A stretch of 64,000 nucleotides of DNA from Scenedesmus sp. PABB004 (taxonomy: Eukaryota): positions 806,001 through 870,000 of the forward strand of contig JABVCE010000011.1 of the NCBI GenBank assembly GCA_014905635.1, written 5' to 3'. A model generated the notes under the pieces. That model saw nothing but the letters and a program-made list of their open reading frames with translations. It did no database searches and had not been told where the DNA came from. Position 1 is the stretch's first letter, and each line of letters begins with the position of its first letter. Of this stretch, positions 13,966 through 27,356 are shown piece by piece. The translations under genes and the position numbers were made by a program.

Positions 13966-14978
13966 ACCGCCGCCGCCGCCGCCCACGTCGCGTGGTGCTG
14001 CTGCTGGCCGGCACCCGCCGCCAGCCACTGCTGCTGCGCCGCCGAGACCTGGGCGCGCAACGACGTGACCTGGCCGACGAGCGCCGACTGCATCGCGTGC
14101 TGCTGCCGCAGCTGCTGCTCCAGGCCCGCCAGCTGCGCCTTGCGCGCCTCCACCGCCTCGGCCAGCGTGCCGTGCCGCCGCCGCGCGCGCTCGACCTCCG
14201 CGGTCAGCTCCTTGACGCTGCCCGCCACCTCGGCGCTGCGCGCCTCCAGCTCGTGGATGTACTGCAGCCGCTTCATGCGCGACCGCTGCGCGCTCTGCCT
14301 GCGCGCCGGTGGCGGCGGCGGTGGCGGCGGCGTGGTCGGTGCCTGCCGCGCGCGCAGAGGCGGGGCAACGCCAGCAGGGGGGGGGGGGGGAGGGGCGCAC
14401 CGGTTGGCCAGGATGCGCTTGGCGCGGCGCGGGTCGAGCGTGGTGGTGTCGAGTGCGTTCGCGCGCGTCTGCGTGCCGCCCTCGGACCCCTCGTCGCCGC
14501 CGCCGCCGCCGCCGTTGCTGCTGCTCTTGCGGCGGCCGCGCGGCGTGCCGCCGGCGCGCGGCGTGCCGCCGTCGTCCGGCTCCAGCTTCACCGCCGCGCC
14601 CGCCGCCGCCGCTGCAGCGGCTGCGGGGTCGGGCGGGCTGTCGCCGCCGCCCGCGCCCCCGGCGGGAACCTGGACGCGCAGGTCGTCGCAGGACGCGCCG
14701 CGCGGCGCGAGCGCGGGCGCAGCCGCCGCCGCCGCCGGGTCGCTGCCGAGCCGCGCGCCGCCCATCGACGTGAGCGCGTAAAACTCGTCCGCGGTCGAGG
14801 CCTGGAACAGCGCGCCCGCCGCAAAGGCAAAGGTGTCACTTGGATGCTTCTTGTGGCTGATTCGCCGCCGCGGCTGCTGCGGCTCCGGCGCCGACGCGGC
14901 GGCCGCAGCAGCGGCGGCAGCAGCAGCGGCGGCGGCGGCGGCGCCGTCGCCCGGCTGGGGCTGCTGCTCCCAGTCCAT
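13311..14978 (-). CDS. bZIP transcription factor (plant group E/I-like) with polyQ tract
   Basis: LDPRRAKRILANR|QSAQRSRMKRLQYIHELE followed by a leucine zipper, after removing a 102-nt GT-AG intron (14299-14400). The exact C-terminus is uncertain. Confidence 0.88.
13903..13965 (-). repeat. Coding (CAG)n repeat encoding about 20 Gln in the bZIP protein
   Basis: Uninterrupted TGC run on the + strand. Confidence 0.9.
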
Positions 14979-15420
14979 GCCGGGCCGGCGCTGCCCCAGG
15001 CGGTGGCCCAGGCGGTGCGCCAGGCAACACGACGCAGGGCGGCGGCGGCGGCGAGGCTCGCACAGCAGCGGCGCACGGCGGTGGTGATTCAGGCCGCCGC
15101 AGCGACGCGCGAAGCGTGTGCCTGGACGCGTGTGTGTGCTAAGGCGGCCGGCGGCAGGCTCTAGGGGCGCGGAGGCGGCGCGGCGGCAGAGTTGGCACGA
15201 AAAGTGTTGCGTGCTTCAGCGCCGCCGCAGCGGCTGAGCACCGCATCCGGCCCGGCGCCTCCCCCCGCACACACCACGCCGCAGCCGTCGTCTCGGCGCG
15301 CGCTGAGCCCACCCCCTTGCCCCCCGCCGCGCTGTCGGCAGCAGCGGCGGCGCACGCCGCGCCCGCGCCCCGGCCCTCCGCCGACCGCCCGCTCGACCGC
15401 CCGGGAGGGCTCGCGGCGCC

Positions 15421-17496
15421 ATGGGGAAGAACGACTTCATGACGCCCAAGGCGGTGCGCGCCGCGCGAAGCAGCGGCGGGCGGCGCGTGGCAGCGGCGCC
15501 GCCGCGGCAGGCGCAGCCCCCGGCGCGGCGGCCGGCGGTCCGCCTCTCCCTCTGCGGACGCTGCGCGGCGCTCCAGCCGCGCCGCCGCCGCTGCGGCCGC
15601 CGCGGCCGCGCCGAGCGGCGGCCGAGCGCCGACCGCCCGCTCCGCCGCCGCCACCCCGCCGCCGCCGCGGCCGCGGCCGCGTCGCAGATCGCCAACCGCA
15701 TCAAGGCCAAGGGCCTCAACAAGCTGCGCTGGTACTGCCAGCTCTGCCAGAAGAGCTGCCGCGACGAGAACGGCTTCAAGTGCCACCAGATGAGCGAGGG
15801 GCACCGCCGCCAGATGGAGGTCTTCGGCGCCAACCCCGGCCGCGTCGTCGACGGCTTCAGCGAGGAGTTTGAGTCGAGCTTCATGGACCACCTCCGCCGC
15901 GCGTGAGCCGCCGCACCCCGCGCCGCGCCAGCCCCGCGCCGCGCGCGCCGCCGCACGCCGCGCGCGAGCCAGCCAGCCGCGGCCGCCGCGCGCCGCCCTC
16001 CCGCAACCCGCCGCCGCCGCGCCCGCCCTGCCCTCCCGCCGGCGCCGCGCGCGCGCAGGCACCCGTCGAGCCGCGTTGCGGCGCAGAACGTGTACAATGA
16101 GTTCATCGCCGACCGGCACCACGTGCACATGAACTCGACGCGCTGGCTCACGCTCACAGACTTTGTGAAGCACCTCGGCCGCACCGGGCAGTGCAAGGTG
16201 GAGGAGACGGAGAAGGGCTGGTTCATCACGCTCATAAAGGTGTGCCGCGCGTGCAGTGCATGACGCACACCACATGGGCCTGTTGAGGGGCTGCGTACGA
16301 GACGCAGCGCGTGCACGTGTGTGGGGGCGCGTGACCGGGCGCGTGCCGAGGCGGTGCCCGCCCGCGTGCGCCGCGCGCCGCGCCGCAGGTCGACCACGCC
16401 AAGGCGCTGTCGGACGCAGAGCGGCTCAAGCGCGAGCGCCAGGAGGAGGAGGAGGAGGAGCGCACGCAGCGACTGCTGCTGGCGCAGGCGCGTGCCCGGC
16501 TGCGCCGCGCCGGCGCCGCGCCGGCGCCGCGCTGCGCTGCGACGCGGCGCGACGCGACGACCGCCCGCCCCGCTGGGCGCATTCGCGCCCGCAGGTCGCG
16601 CGCGCGCGCAAGACCGCGCGCACGGATGACGGCGACGAGGAGCTGCCGCGCGAGCTGCAGCGCGGCGACGACGACGCGCCGATCAAGCTCAGCCTCGCCG
16701 CCGGCGGCGGCGCCGGCGCCGCAGCGGCGGTGGCGGACGGCAGGGGCGCCGCCGCGGCGGGGGGGCGGCGGCCGGCCGCGGCGCCGCCGCTGTTTGGCGA
16801 CGACGACGGTGCGCCGGCGCGGGCGCCGCGCGGCGCGGCCCATGGCGCGCGCCGGCCTGCGCGGTGCGGCGTGCAGCGCGCGTCCGCGCCTCCACCGCCG
16901 CGCCCGCCGCGCCCGCCGCGCCACCGCCGCCGCCGCGCAGAGCCGGGACCATCGGGCCAGCAGGTGGCGCAGCAGGTGGGCGGGCGCAAGCTGAGCAAAG
17001 TGGAAGAGATCATGCAGCGCGACCTGCAGGAAAAGCAGCGCCGCGCGGCAGCCGCGGCCGCGGCCGCCAGCACGAGCGGCCGCGGCGGCGACGGCGGCGG
17101 CGGCGGCGGCGGCGGCGCGCGGTCGCGGCTCGACCACTGGCTGTCGCCCGGGCTGGTGGTCAAGGTGGTGAGCAAGGCGCTGAAGGGCCAGGGCTATTAC
17201 AAGGCCAAGGGCGTGGTCGAGCGCCTGGTCGACACGTACGTCGGCGAGGTCGCGATGCTCGACAGCGGCGACGTGCTGCGCGTGGACCAGGCGGAGCTCG
17301 AGACGGTGCTGCCCGCGCCCGCGGCGCGGTGCGCGTCGTCAACGGGCCCCACGCCGGCGCGGCGGGCGTGCTGCGCGGCATCGACACCGCCCGCTTCCAG
17401 GCAGAGGTCGCGCTGCGCGGCGGGCCGCACGACGGCCTCGCCGTGTGGCTGGACTACGAGGACGTCTGCAAGGTCGCGAGCGGCGGCGGCGCGTGA
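15421..17496 (+). CDS. KIN17: DNA/RNA-binding protein KIN17 (apparent 1-nt frameshift near 17320)
   Basis: MGKNDFMTPKA|IANRIKAKGLNKLRWYCQLCQKSCRDENGFKCHQMSEGHRRQM, VYNEFIADRHHVHMNSTRWLTLTDFVKHLGR, and the C-terminal KOW region DQAELETVLP...YEDVCKV*. Confidence 0.93.
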
Positions 17497-17735
17497 CGCG
17501 TGGCGGCGCGATGTGGGCGTCGCGCGACGCGTGACGGGGCGGGCCGCCGCCGCCGCCCGCGCTGCAAACGCGCGGCGCTGGCGCTGCTGCTGCTGCCTCG
17601 GCGGCGTTGGAAACCGCGCACGCTCCTTCGCGCTGAAGCGGCGGCGGTGGGCCGGGTCGACGCGCGCAGTTGCATCCCGTCAGTGAAACCTGCCAGTGCT
17701 CCCCGCAGCCCGCCCTCCCACCCCCTGCAAGGTCA

Positions 17736-20304
<2,569 letters not shown>

Positions 20305-20403
20305 TCAGGCGCGGTGCGGCAGGGACGGCGCTCACGCATGCGGCGAGATCTCACCCCCATCTTGAGCCCTCACACCGTCACGACGCCGCCGCGACGAAAC
20401 GTT

Positions 20404-22182
20404 TTAAACGAGGAGACGCGCGAGGCGCTGCTGCTCCGCCTGGAGCGCGGCCACGGCCGCCGCGCGCACCGCGGCGGCGACGCCGCCGGCCGCCGCCACG
20501 CCGTGGGCGATCGCCTCGGCCGCGGCCGGGCTGCACCCGAGCTCCAGGATGTGCGCGTGCCGCAGCTGCACGGCGTCGCAGTTGAGGAGGCAGTGGTCCC
20601 GGAAGCTGCCCACGCGCTGCCAGACCGCGCCGCAGCACTCGACAAGCTGCTCGTACTGCATCAGCTCGGCCGCCAGCAGCCTGTGCTGCCCAGCCGCCTG
20701 CCGGGCCGCCGCCGCACGCGCCGGCCGCGCCAGCTCGTACCGGGGCGCCAGCGGCGCCTGCTGCGCCTGCAGCGCGGCTGTCGTCGCCGCGTGCACGTCG
20801 CCGTCGCCACCGCGGGCAGCCGCCAAGCCGCGCTGCAGCGCGTCCTTGGCGGCGGGGCTGTGCCCCCCCCCCCCGTTCAGCTCCTGAAACGCGCGCCGCT
20901 GCAGCGACGCGGCGCAGCCGCCGGCGCAGTGGCCGGCGTAGTCGCCCAGGCGCAGCCACACCTGGCCGCAGCACTCCACATGCAGCTCGAGCTGCTCCAG
21001 GTCGGCCGAGAGCTGCCTGACCTGATGTGCCGCCGCCTCGGCCGCCTGCCTGACCAGCAGGTCTCGTGAGAAGCGAGCGGCGAGTGGCGCCTGCTGCGCC
21101 TGCAGTGCGGCCACGGCCGCCGCGCGCTCTGCGGCGGCGTCGCCGCCGGCCGCCGCGCCGCTGGCCAGCGCGGCCGCGACCACGGGGCTGCGCCGCTGGT
21201 TCAGCTCCTGAAACGCGCGCCGCTGCAGCGACGCGGCGCAGCGGCCGGCGCAGTGGCCGGCGTAGTCGCCCAGGCACAGCCACACCTGGCCGCAGCACTC
21301 CACATACAGCTCGAGCTGCTCCAGGTCGGCCGAGAGCTGCCTGTCCTGCGCGGCCCGCTCAAAGCGAAGCGCCAGCGGCGCCTGCTGCGCCTGCAGCGCG
21401 GCCACGGCCGCCGCGCGCTCTGCGGCGGCGTCGCCGCCGGCCGCCGCGCCGCTGGCCAGCGCGGCCGCGACCACGGGGCTGCGCCGCTGGTTCAGCTCCT
21501 GAAACGCGCGCCGCTGCAGCGACGCGGCGCAGCCGCCGGCGCAGTGGCCGGCGTAGTCGCCCATGCGCAGCCACACCTGGCCGCAGCACTCCACATAAAC
21601 CTCCATCAGGCTTAGCTCGGACACCAGCTTCATGTGCTCATAGCGGGCGGCCAGCGGCGCCTGCTGCGCCTGCATCGCGGCCACGGCCGCCACGCCCACC
21701 GCGGCGGCGCCGCCGCCGGCCGCCGCCCCGTGGGCCAGCGCGGCCGCGACCGCCGTGCTGTGCCCGCTGTCGAGCAGGATCCTGCGCCGCTCCTGCGACT
21801 CGCTGCAGCGGCCGGTGCAATGGCTGCAGTAATTGTTGCCGACGCCAGAGCGCCGCCAAACGTGGCCGCAGCACTCGACAAACACCTCAAGCCGCGCAAG
21901 CATCCGCGCAGACGTGGCGCGCTGTATGTGAGGCTCCGGCTTGAAATCTCGCCAGCCCCGCGCCCAGCTCAGCATGCCCTCGGTGGCGCTGGCGCTGTAC
22001 TGCCCCACCGCCTGCCGCGCCAGCCTGAGCACGTCGGTGGTGCTGCTCACGGCCGCAGCAGCGCCACTGCCGCCTGCCGGCAGCTGCGGCGGGGCCGGAG
22101 GTGCCTGCTGGGGTGGCGCTCCTGGCTGCGCGAAGGCTGGGGCGCCCGCAGACGCGCCGAGGCCGGTGCGAGGCGGATCCAT
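20404..22182 (-). CDS. Intronless 592-aa hypothetical protein with five Cys/His repeats (putative zinc-binding)
   Basis: The single ORF has non-artefactual composition and five copies of VECCGxVW-x5-8-[YF]xxHCxxxC, each followed by an Ala-rich helical linker. The DNA of the middle copies is near-identical. Confidence 0.72.
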   Translation of the reverse strand: MDPPRTGLGASAGAPAFAQPGAPPQQAPPAPPQLPAGGSGAAAAVSSTTDVLRLARQAVGQYSASATEGMLSWARGWRDFKPEPHIQRATSARMLARLEVFVECCGHVWRRSGVGNNYCSHCTGRCSESQERRRILLDSGHSTAVAAALAHGAAAGGGAAAVGVAAVAAMQAQQAPLAARYEHMKLVSELSLMEVYVECCGQVWLRMGDYAGHCAGGCAASLQRRAFQELNQRRSPVVAAALASGAAAGGDAAAERAAAVAALQAQQAPLALRFERAAQDRQLSADLEQLELYVECCGQVWLCLGDYAGHCAGRCAASLQRRAFQELNQRRSPVVAAALASGAAAGGDAAAERAAAVAALQAQQAPLAARFSRDLLVRQAAEAAAHQVRQLSADLEQLELHVECCGQVWLRLGDYAGHCAGGCAASLQRRAFQELNGGGGHSPAAKDALQRGLAAARGGDGDVHAATTAALQAQQAPLAPRYELARPARAAAARQAAGQHRLLAAELMQYEQLVECCGAVWQRVGSFRDHCLLNCDAVQLRHAHILELGCSPAAAEAIAHGVAAAGGVAAAVRAAAVAALQAEQQRLARLLV

Positions 22183-22468
22183 TTGCAGCCGCGCACCTAG
22201 CGGGAAGCGCAGCCCGTGCGGCGAGGCGAGTGAAAGTCTCCACTCGCAGCCGCCCGGATCGGCAATCTGGCATGCTTACGCGACCTGGTGAAAGAGGAAT
22301 GGGGGCGTACATGACGGCGCCGCTGTTTTGGCATTCCGGCTGTGCCCTTCCTCGAGCGCTCCAAGAGCGCCGCGTCCGGGCAGTATAATATCCGTCCACG
22401 CGCGTGCCAGTAGGCTGCCGCAGGCAGCCTGTCGCCGCCGCCACCGCCCGCGGCGCGCCGTCGCAGCC

Positions 22469-23608
22469 ATGGCGCTGTCCTGGAGCGCCCTCGCCTACAC
22501 CAAGCCCGCCGAGCCCAAAGGTGGCATGGTTATTAAGATCTGCCCTCTCAACCACGACCAGGAGTGCGTGGCCAAGCTTGCCGTTGCCGACGGCGCCGGC
22601 GGCTTCGACGCCGCGTTCGCCAGCGGCACGCACGTCAAGGCCTACACCGGCGTGCCCACGATGTCGATGCAGTTGAAAGCCGCGACGTGAGCTGAGCGCC
22701 TGGCTGTCGACCGGCGGCAGCGCGGCGGCGGGCCGCGCCGATCACACCCGCCGAGGCGGCGGGGCGCGGGGCGCTCGGCACGCCCCGCGGGCGGTGGCGC
22801 GCCAACGCCGCTGCTGTCGGCGCTGCAGGGTGTACATCCAAAACATTCAGCCAACCATCAAGCGCCAGCTTGAGTGCGCAGGCTACCACGCAGACGAGCT
22901 CGAGCTGCTGTACACGCTCGTGCGCGCTCGCCTCACTACCCCGGTCATGGGCGAGGCGCTCGAGGCGCCCCCCCCCCCCCGGCAGCTTCACGGTGCGGCG
23001 GCGGGTTGGCCGTTGTACTGCGGCGGTTGAGGCCGCCGTGACGGCTGCCGGCCCGCCGCCGGGAACGCGCGGCGCGCGTGCAGGTCGACCAGCTGGTGGC
23101 CTCTGGCATCCAGCGCGAGCTCGCGGTGCACTTGCATGCCACCAGCTGGGCACACACCGACCAGTGCCCCAACCTGCTGACGCAGCTGCTAGAGGTGCAG
23201 GAAAAGCTGCAGGCGGCCACGCAGGCGCTTGTCACCCTCACCGTGATGTCGGTCAACGACCAGGACCCAGACTACCCCGGCTCGCCCATGTTCCTGGTTT
23301 GGGAGGAGAAGGGCGTGGGCGGCAAGCGCATGGTCAAGCACGCGTGCATCCCGCCCGGCGGCACCGTGGTGATGGAGGCCAAGGCGGCCTTCCTGATCAA
23401 GCACCAGATGTTTGCGCTGCCGGGCACCACCTCGCTGCGCCTACGCGGCTGCTGGGTGCCGGGCGGCTCGGGCGCGTCGGGCGACGTGCGGCAGCTCGTA
23501 GCTGAGCTGCAGCACACGATCGAGGACCTGCTGGTCGCCGAGGCGCAAGGGGACGACCTGGATGCCAACCTGCTGGCCGCGTTTGGCGAGATGCTGTCAG
23601 TGCACTAA
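22469..23608 (+). CDS. Hypothetical protein, possibly a 2OG-Fe(II)/AlkB-like double-stranded beta-helix dioxygenase (3 exons)
   Basis: Exon 1 starts MALSWSALAY and splices via GT 22687/AG 22828 in frame to VYIQNIQPTIK. The last exon from 23084 contains WAHTDQ (HxD) and PPGGTVVMEAKAAFLIKHQM...TSLRLR. The family call is motif-based only. Confidence 0.6.
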
Positions 23609-23856
23609 CCGCGGCGGTGCACGGGCGGCGCAGCGCGGGCGGGCGGCGCAGCGCGGGCGGAACTCGGCGCCGGTTATAACAGGTTTGGCTGTCGCTCGCT
23701 CGCGCGTGCAAGGCGCAGGCCACAGCGCCGTCAACGCCGCCGCACCCACAGCGCGGCGGCGCGCGCGCGCGCGGCCCGCCGCCGCCCGCCGGCCGCCGCT
23801 CTCCGCGCGCGCGGCGCCGCCCGCCCCGCCGCGCCGCGCCGGCGTGCGTGCGTGCG

Positions 23857-26125
23857 TCAGAGCTTCATGCGGTCGAGCAGCTCCCGGTCGAGGCTGTAGT
23901 CCTCGCGGCTGTAGTACTCGGCCAGCAGGCGGTACACGTACGCGGGCGTGTAGCCGCCCGTGTCCGTCACAAACAGGCTGATGAGGTGCGGCGGTACGTA
24001 GTCGTGCGCGGGGTTGTGCACCTCCAGCGCGGCGCCCTCCGCGCGCCAGCCGCCGCCGCCGCCGGCCCCGCCGCCGGCGCGCGTCGGCGACGACGCCGCG
24101 GGCGGCGGGGGCGAGCCCGCGCCGCCGTCGCCGCCGCGCACAAAGGCCTCAGCCAGGACGTCAAAGTCGACCACCTCGCCAGGGGACTGGAAGTCTGCGC
24201 GCGCGCGGGAGGCCGGGGGCGGGGCGGGGCGGCGCGGCGCGGCGCGGCGCGGCGGCTGAGCGCGCGCGGCGGGCGGGCGGCAGGGGCGCGCGCCGCGCGC
24301 GACCCAGCGCGCGCGCGCGCGCACCGTTGAAGGTGACGTCCGGATCGTGCGGGAAGAGGGGCGAGAGCTTGTGGAGGCCCACGAGCACGACAAAGGGCAC
24401 GCTGTGCCGCTTGGCCGCGAGCGCGACCATGTGCACGCCCGCGGGCGCGATCACACCGCCGTTGGCCAGCACCGCGTGCGCGCCCACCAGCACCTGCGCC
24501 GGCCAAGGGCGCGCGCGCGGGGCGGGCGGGGCTCGAGGCGCATGCGGCGCGGGGCGGAGTGCGCACGGACGCCGCCCGCCCGCCATGCGCCGGCGCCGCC
24601 GGCCCGCAGCGCCCGCCGCGCGCGCGTGCCTTGTTGGCGCGCGCCATCATCGCGAAGACCGCGCTGTCGGCGATGAGCGTCGTCTGAACCTTGGCGTCGG
24701 CGAGGCGCCGCGCCATCGCGTGCCCGCCGTAGCGCGGCGCCGCCTCGGCGACGACAACCTGCCCGGCGCGCGGCGGGCGGCTCGCTTGCGCTGCCACGCA
24801 CCCCCGCCCCGCGCGCCTTCCTGCGAGCCTCTCCCCGCGCGAGCGAGCCCTCCCCGCGCGCGCCTGGAACTCGCGCTTGCGGCTGGCCTCCTTAAGGAAG
24901 AGGTAGGTGGTGTCTGACATGCCGTACGTCAGGATGACCTGAGGCGCGGGCGCGCAGCGGCGCACGGGTGCGGGGGCGCGGTGGGCGGGCCGCCGCCGCC
25001 GGCGCCGCTGGCACGCGCGCCGGCGCGCGGGCGCAGTGGCGCGGCCGCGCGGGTGGCGCGGCCGCGGTCGCGCGGCGCGCGCGTTGGCGGCGCGCGGGCG
25101 CAGTGGCGCGGCCGCGGTCGCGCGGCGCGCGCGTTGGCGGCGCGCCTCGTTCGCGTGGATGTGCTCCACCGCCTGCGCCGCGATCTGGGCGTCGATGCCG
25201 TCGAGCTCCTCCAGCAGCTCGTTGAGCAGCTCGATCACGGTGGCCTTGCCGCCCCACTGCGGCGGCGCCTTGCTCTTGCGCCCGCCGCCGCCGCCGCCGC
25301 GGCGCGAGCCCTCGCCGTCGTCGCCGTCGAGGGCCTGGTGCTGCTGGTGCTGCTGCTGGTGGTGCTGCTGCGGCTGCTGCTGCTGCTGCAGCGCGGAGCC
25401 GCCGCCGCCGCCGCCGCCGCCGGCGTCGGGCAGCGCGGGCGCGTCCAGCAGGTTGGACAGCGAGACCGCGCGCCCAAACGCGCGCGGCGCGGGGCCGCCG
25501 CGGAACGCCTGCGAGAGCAGCCCGGGGCCCTCGCGCTGCCTGCCCGCCGCGTCGCCCGGCGCGGCGGCACCGTCGGTCTGCTGCTGCTGCTCCAGGCTCT
25601 CCTGCTGCTCCTCCTCCCGGATCATGTGCAGCACGCGGCGCACCATGTTGCCGATCGCCAGCTCTGCGGCGGCGGCCCCGGCGCAGGAGGGCGCGGCGGC
25701 CGCGCGGCAGCGCGTGAGAGCGCGCCGCCGGCGCACGCGGCAGGGCGCCCGTTGCTGCTGCGGGCGCGGCCCGCCGCGGCCCGCCGCGGCGGCCCCCGCG
25801 CGCACCGACGGGCTTGGCGGCCTGCAGCTTGGTGCCGATCGTGCGCACGTCGCCGATGAGGCTCGCCGCGTCGGGGTGGCGCTGCGTGGTGATGAGCAGG
25901 CGCATGACCTCCGCCGTCTTCTTGGCGCACGCGAAAGAGCCATGGAGCTGCCTGCTCACGCACGGCCGCGGCCGCGGCAGCGCGCGCGCGCGCGGGTGAG
26001 CAGCGGCGAGCGGGGGCGTGCGCCGCCGCGCGGCAGCGCTGCTGCCGCCGCCGCGCCGCGCTTGCGCTTGCGCACCGTCGGCGCAGCTGCGTGCAGTACT
26101 CCTCCACCAGGCTGGAGAGATTCAT
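23857..26125 (-). CDS. EIF2B2: Translation initiation factor eIF2B subunit beta, 7 exons
   Basis: ELAIGNMVRRVLHMIREE, QAVEHIHANE|VILTYG, VVVAEAAP, TTLIADSAVFAMMARANK|VLVGAHAVLANGG, LHKLSPLFP, NPAHDYVPPHLISLFVTDTGGYTPAYVYRLLAEYY. Confidence 0.94.
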
Positions 26126-26652
26126 GGCGCCCCGGCGCCGCCGCCGGCCGCGGCTGCTGCGCGCCGGCCGCCGCCGCTGCTCGCGCTGATTGCGGCGCCG
26201 CCCGAGCGCGACCTGACCGCGCCGCGCCGCGCGCCGCGCCCGATCGGCCTAGGCCCGCGGCCGGTGGGCGGGAGCGCGGTCGGCGAGGGCCCTGGGGCCG
26301 GCGGGCGCGTGGTGGGCGGGGCTCTTGCGGGCGTGGCGCGGGCCGTCGATCGCTGGGCGCGCCGCCAGAGCGGTAGCGGGCAGCTAGAGGCGGAGCGAGC
26401 GCGGGGCGCCGGCGCGCGCCATTGGGGCGGGCCGGAAACCTGGTGTTTTCGGGCCCGCACCACCGCGACTGCTGCTGCCCGCGCGCGCCGCGCCCCGGAG
26501 AGCTGCCCGCCGCACGGAGACCCACACCGCTCCGTGACCGCCGCTCAGGCCGTGCATACGCGCCAACCGGGCGGCCCAGCGGCTCCTGCTGCCTCGGCGG
26601 CCCATCGGCCGGCGCTCGAGCCATGGGGCCCTCCTGACGGCGCCGGGCCAGC

Positions 26653-27318
26653 ATGTCGTCGCTCACGCGCCCCGGGGCGGCGCCTGGGGGCGCCGGTTCC
26701 GGGTCCTTCCCGCCGCGCGCGCACCAAAGGTCGAAGCAGTCTTGCTGCGATGCCTTCATCTCGCGGCTACAGGACCGCGGGGACATCGACATCGGCGCGG
26801 CGGGCTTCATCGAGGGCATCTGCGCCCACTTTGAGCGCCTGCCCACGCGGTACGCCCTGGATGTCAACATCGACAGCTTGGACGTCCTCTCCCACAAGCG
26901 CCTGCTGGACGAGGCCCGCCTGGACCCCACCACCGTGTCTTTCGCGGTGCGCTCGGTGGAGGTGCTGCACACGCGGCCGCGAGAGTCGACGGACGGCCTG
27001 CCGTCGCCCGCTTTCCTGGAGGTGCGCCGCCGCCGCTGCTGCTGCTGCTCGCCGCCCGCCGCGCCGCGCCCGCGCGCCGCCGGCGCCGGCGACGCTGCCG
27101 GAAGCGGCTGGTCCGGGGCGCCGCCCCCTCACCCCCGACGCTCGCCGCGCAGGCGTCGCCGCGGCGCGGCGTGATGCAGGCGATGCGGCGGCAGCCGCTG
27201 CCCAAGCCGGCGTTCGGCTCGTCGCCCAACCTGCAGGTGCAGGCCCGCGCTGGGGCTGTCGCGCGCGGCGCGGCGGCAGCCGCGGCAGCAGCCGGCGCTG
27301 GCGCCCGCGGCAGCGGCG

Positions 27319-27356
<38 letters not shown>

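Noticed and set aside
20371..23745. CCGTCA(CG)ACGCCGCCGC similarity on both sides of the orphan pair as a target-site duplication
   Set aside because: Short, imperfect and low-complexity, so likely chance in this base composition.
25020..25145. ~50-bp tandem duplication in an eIF2B intron (similar small repeats at 5040-5200, 34468-34515, 47620-47700)
   Set aside because: Local slippage repeats with no terminal repeats or dispersed copies seen.
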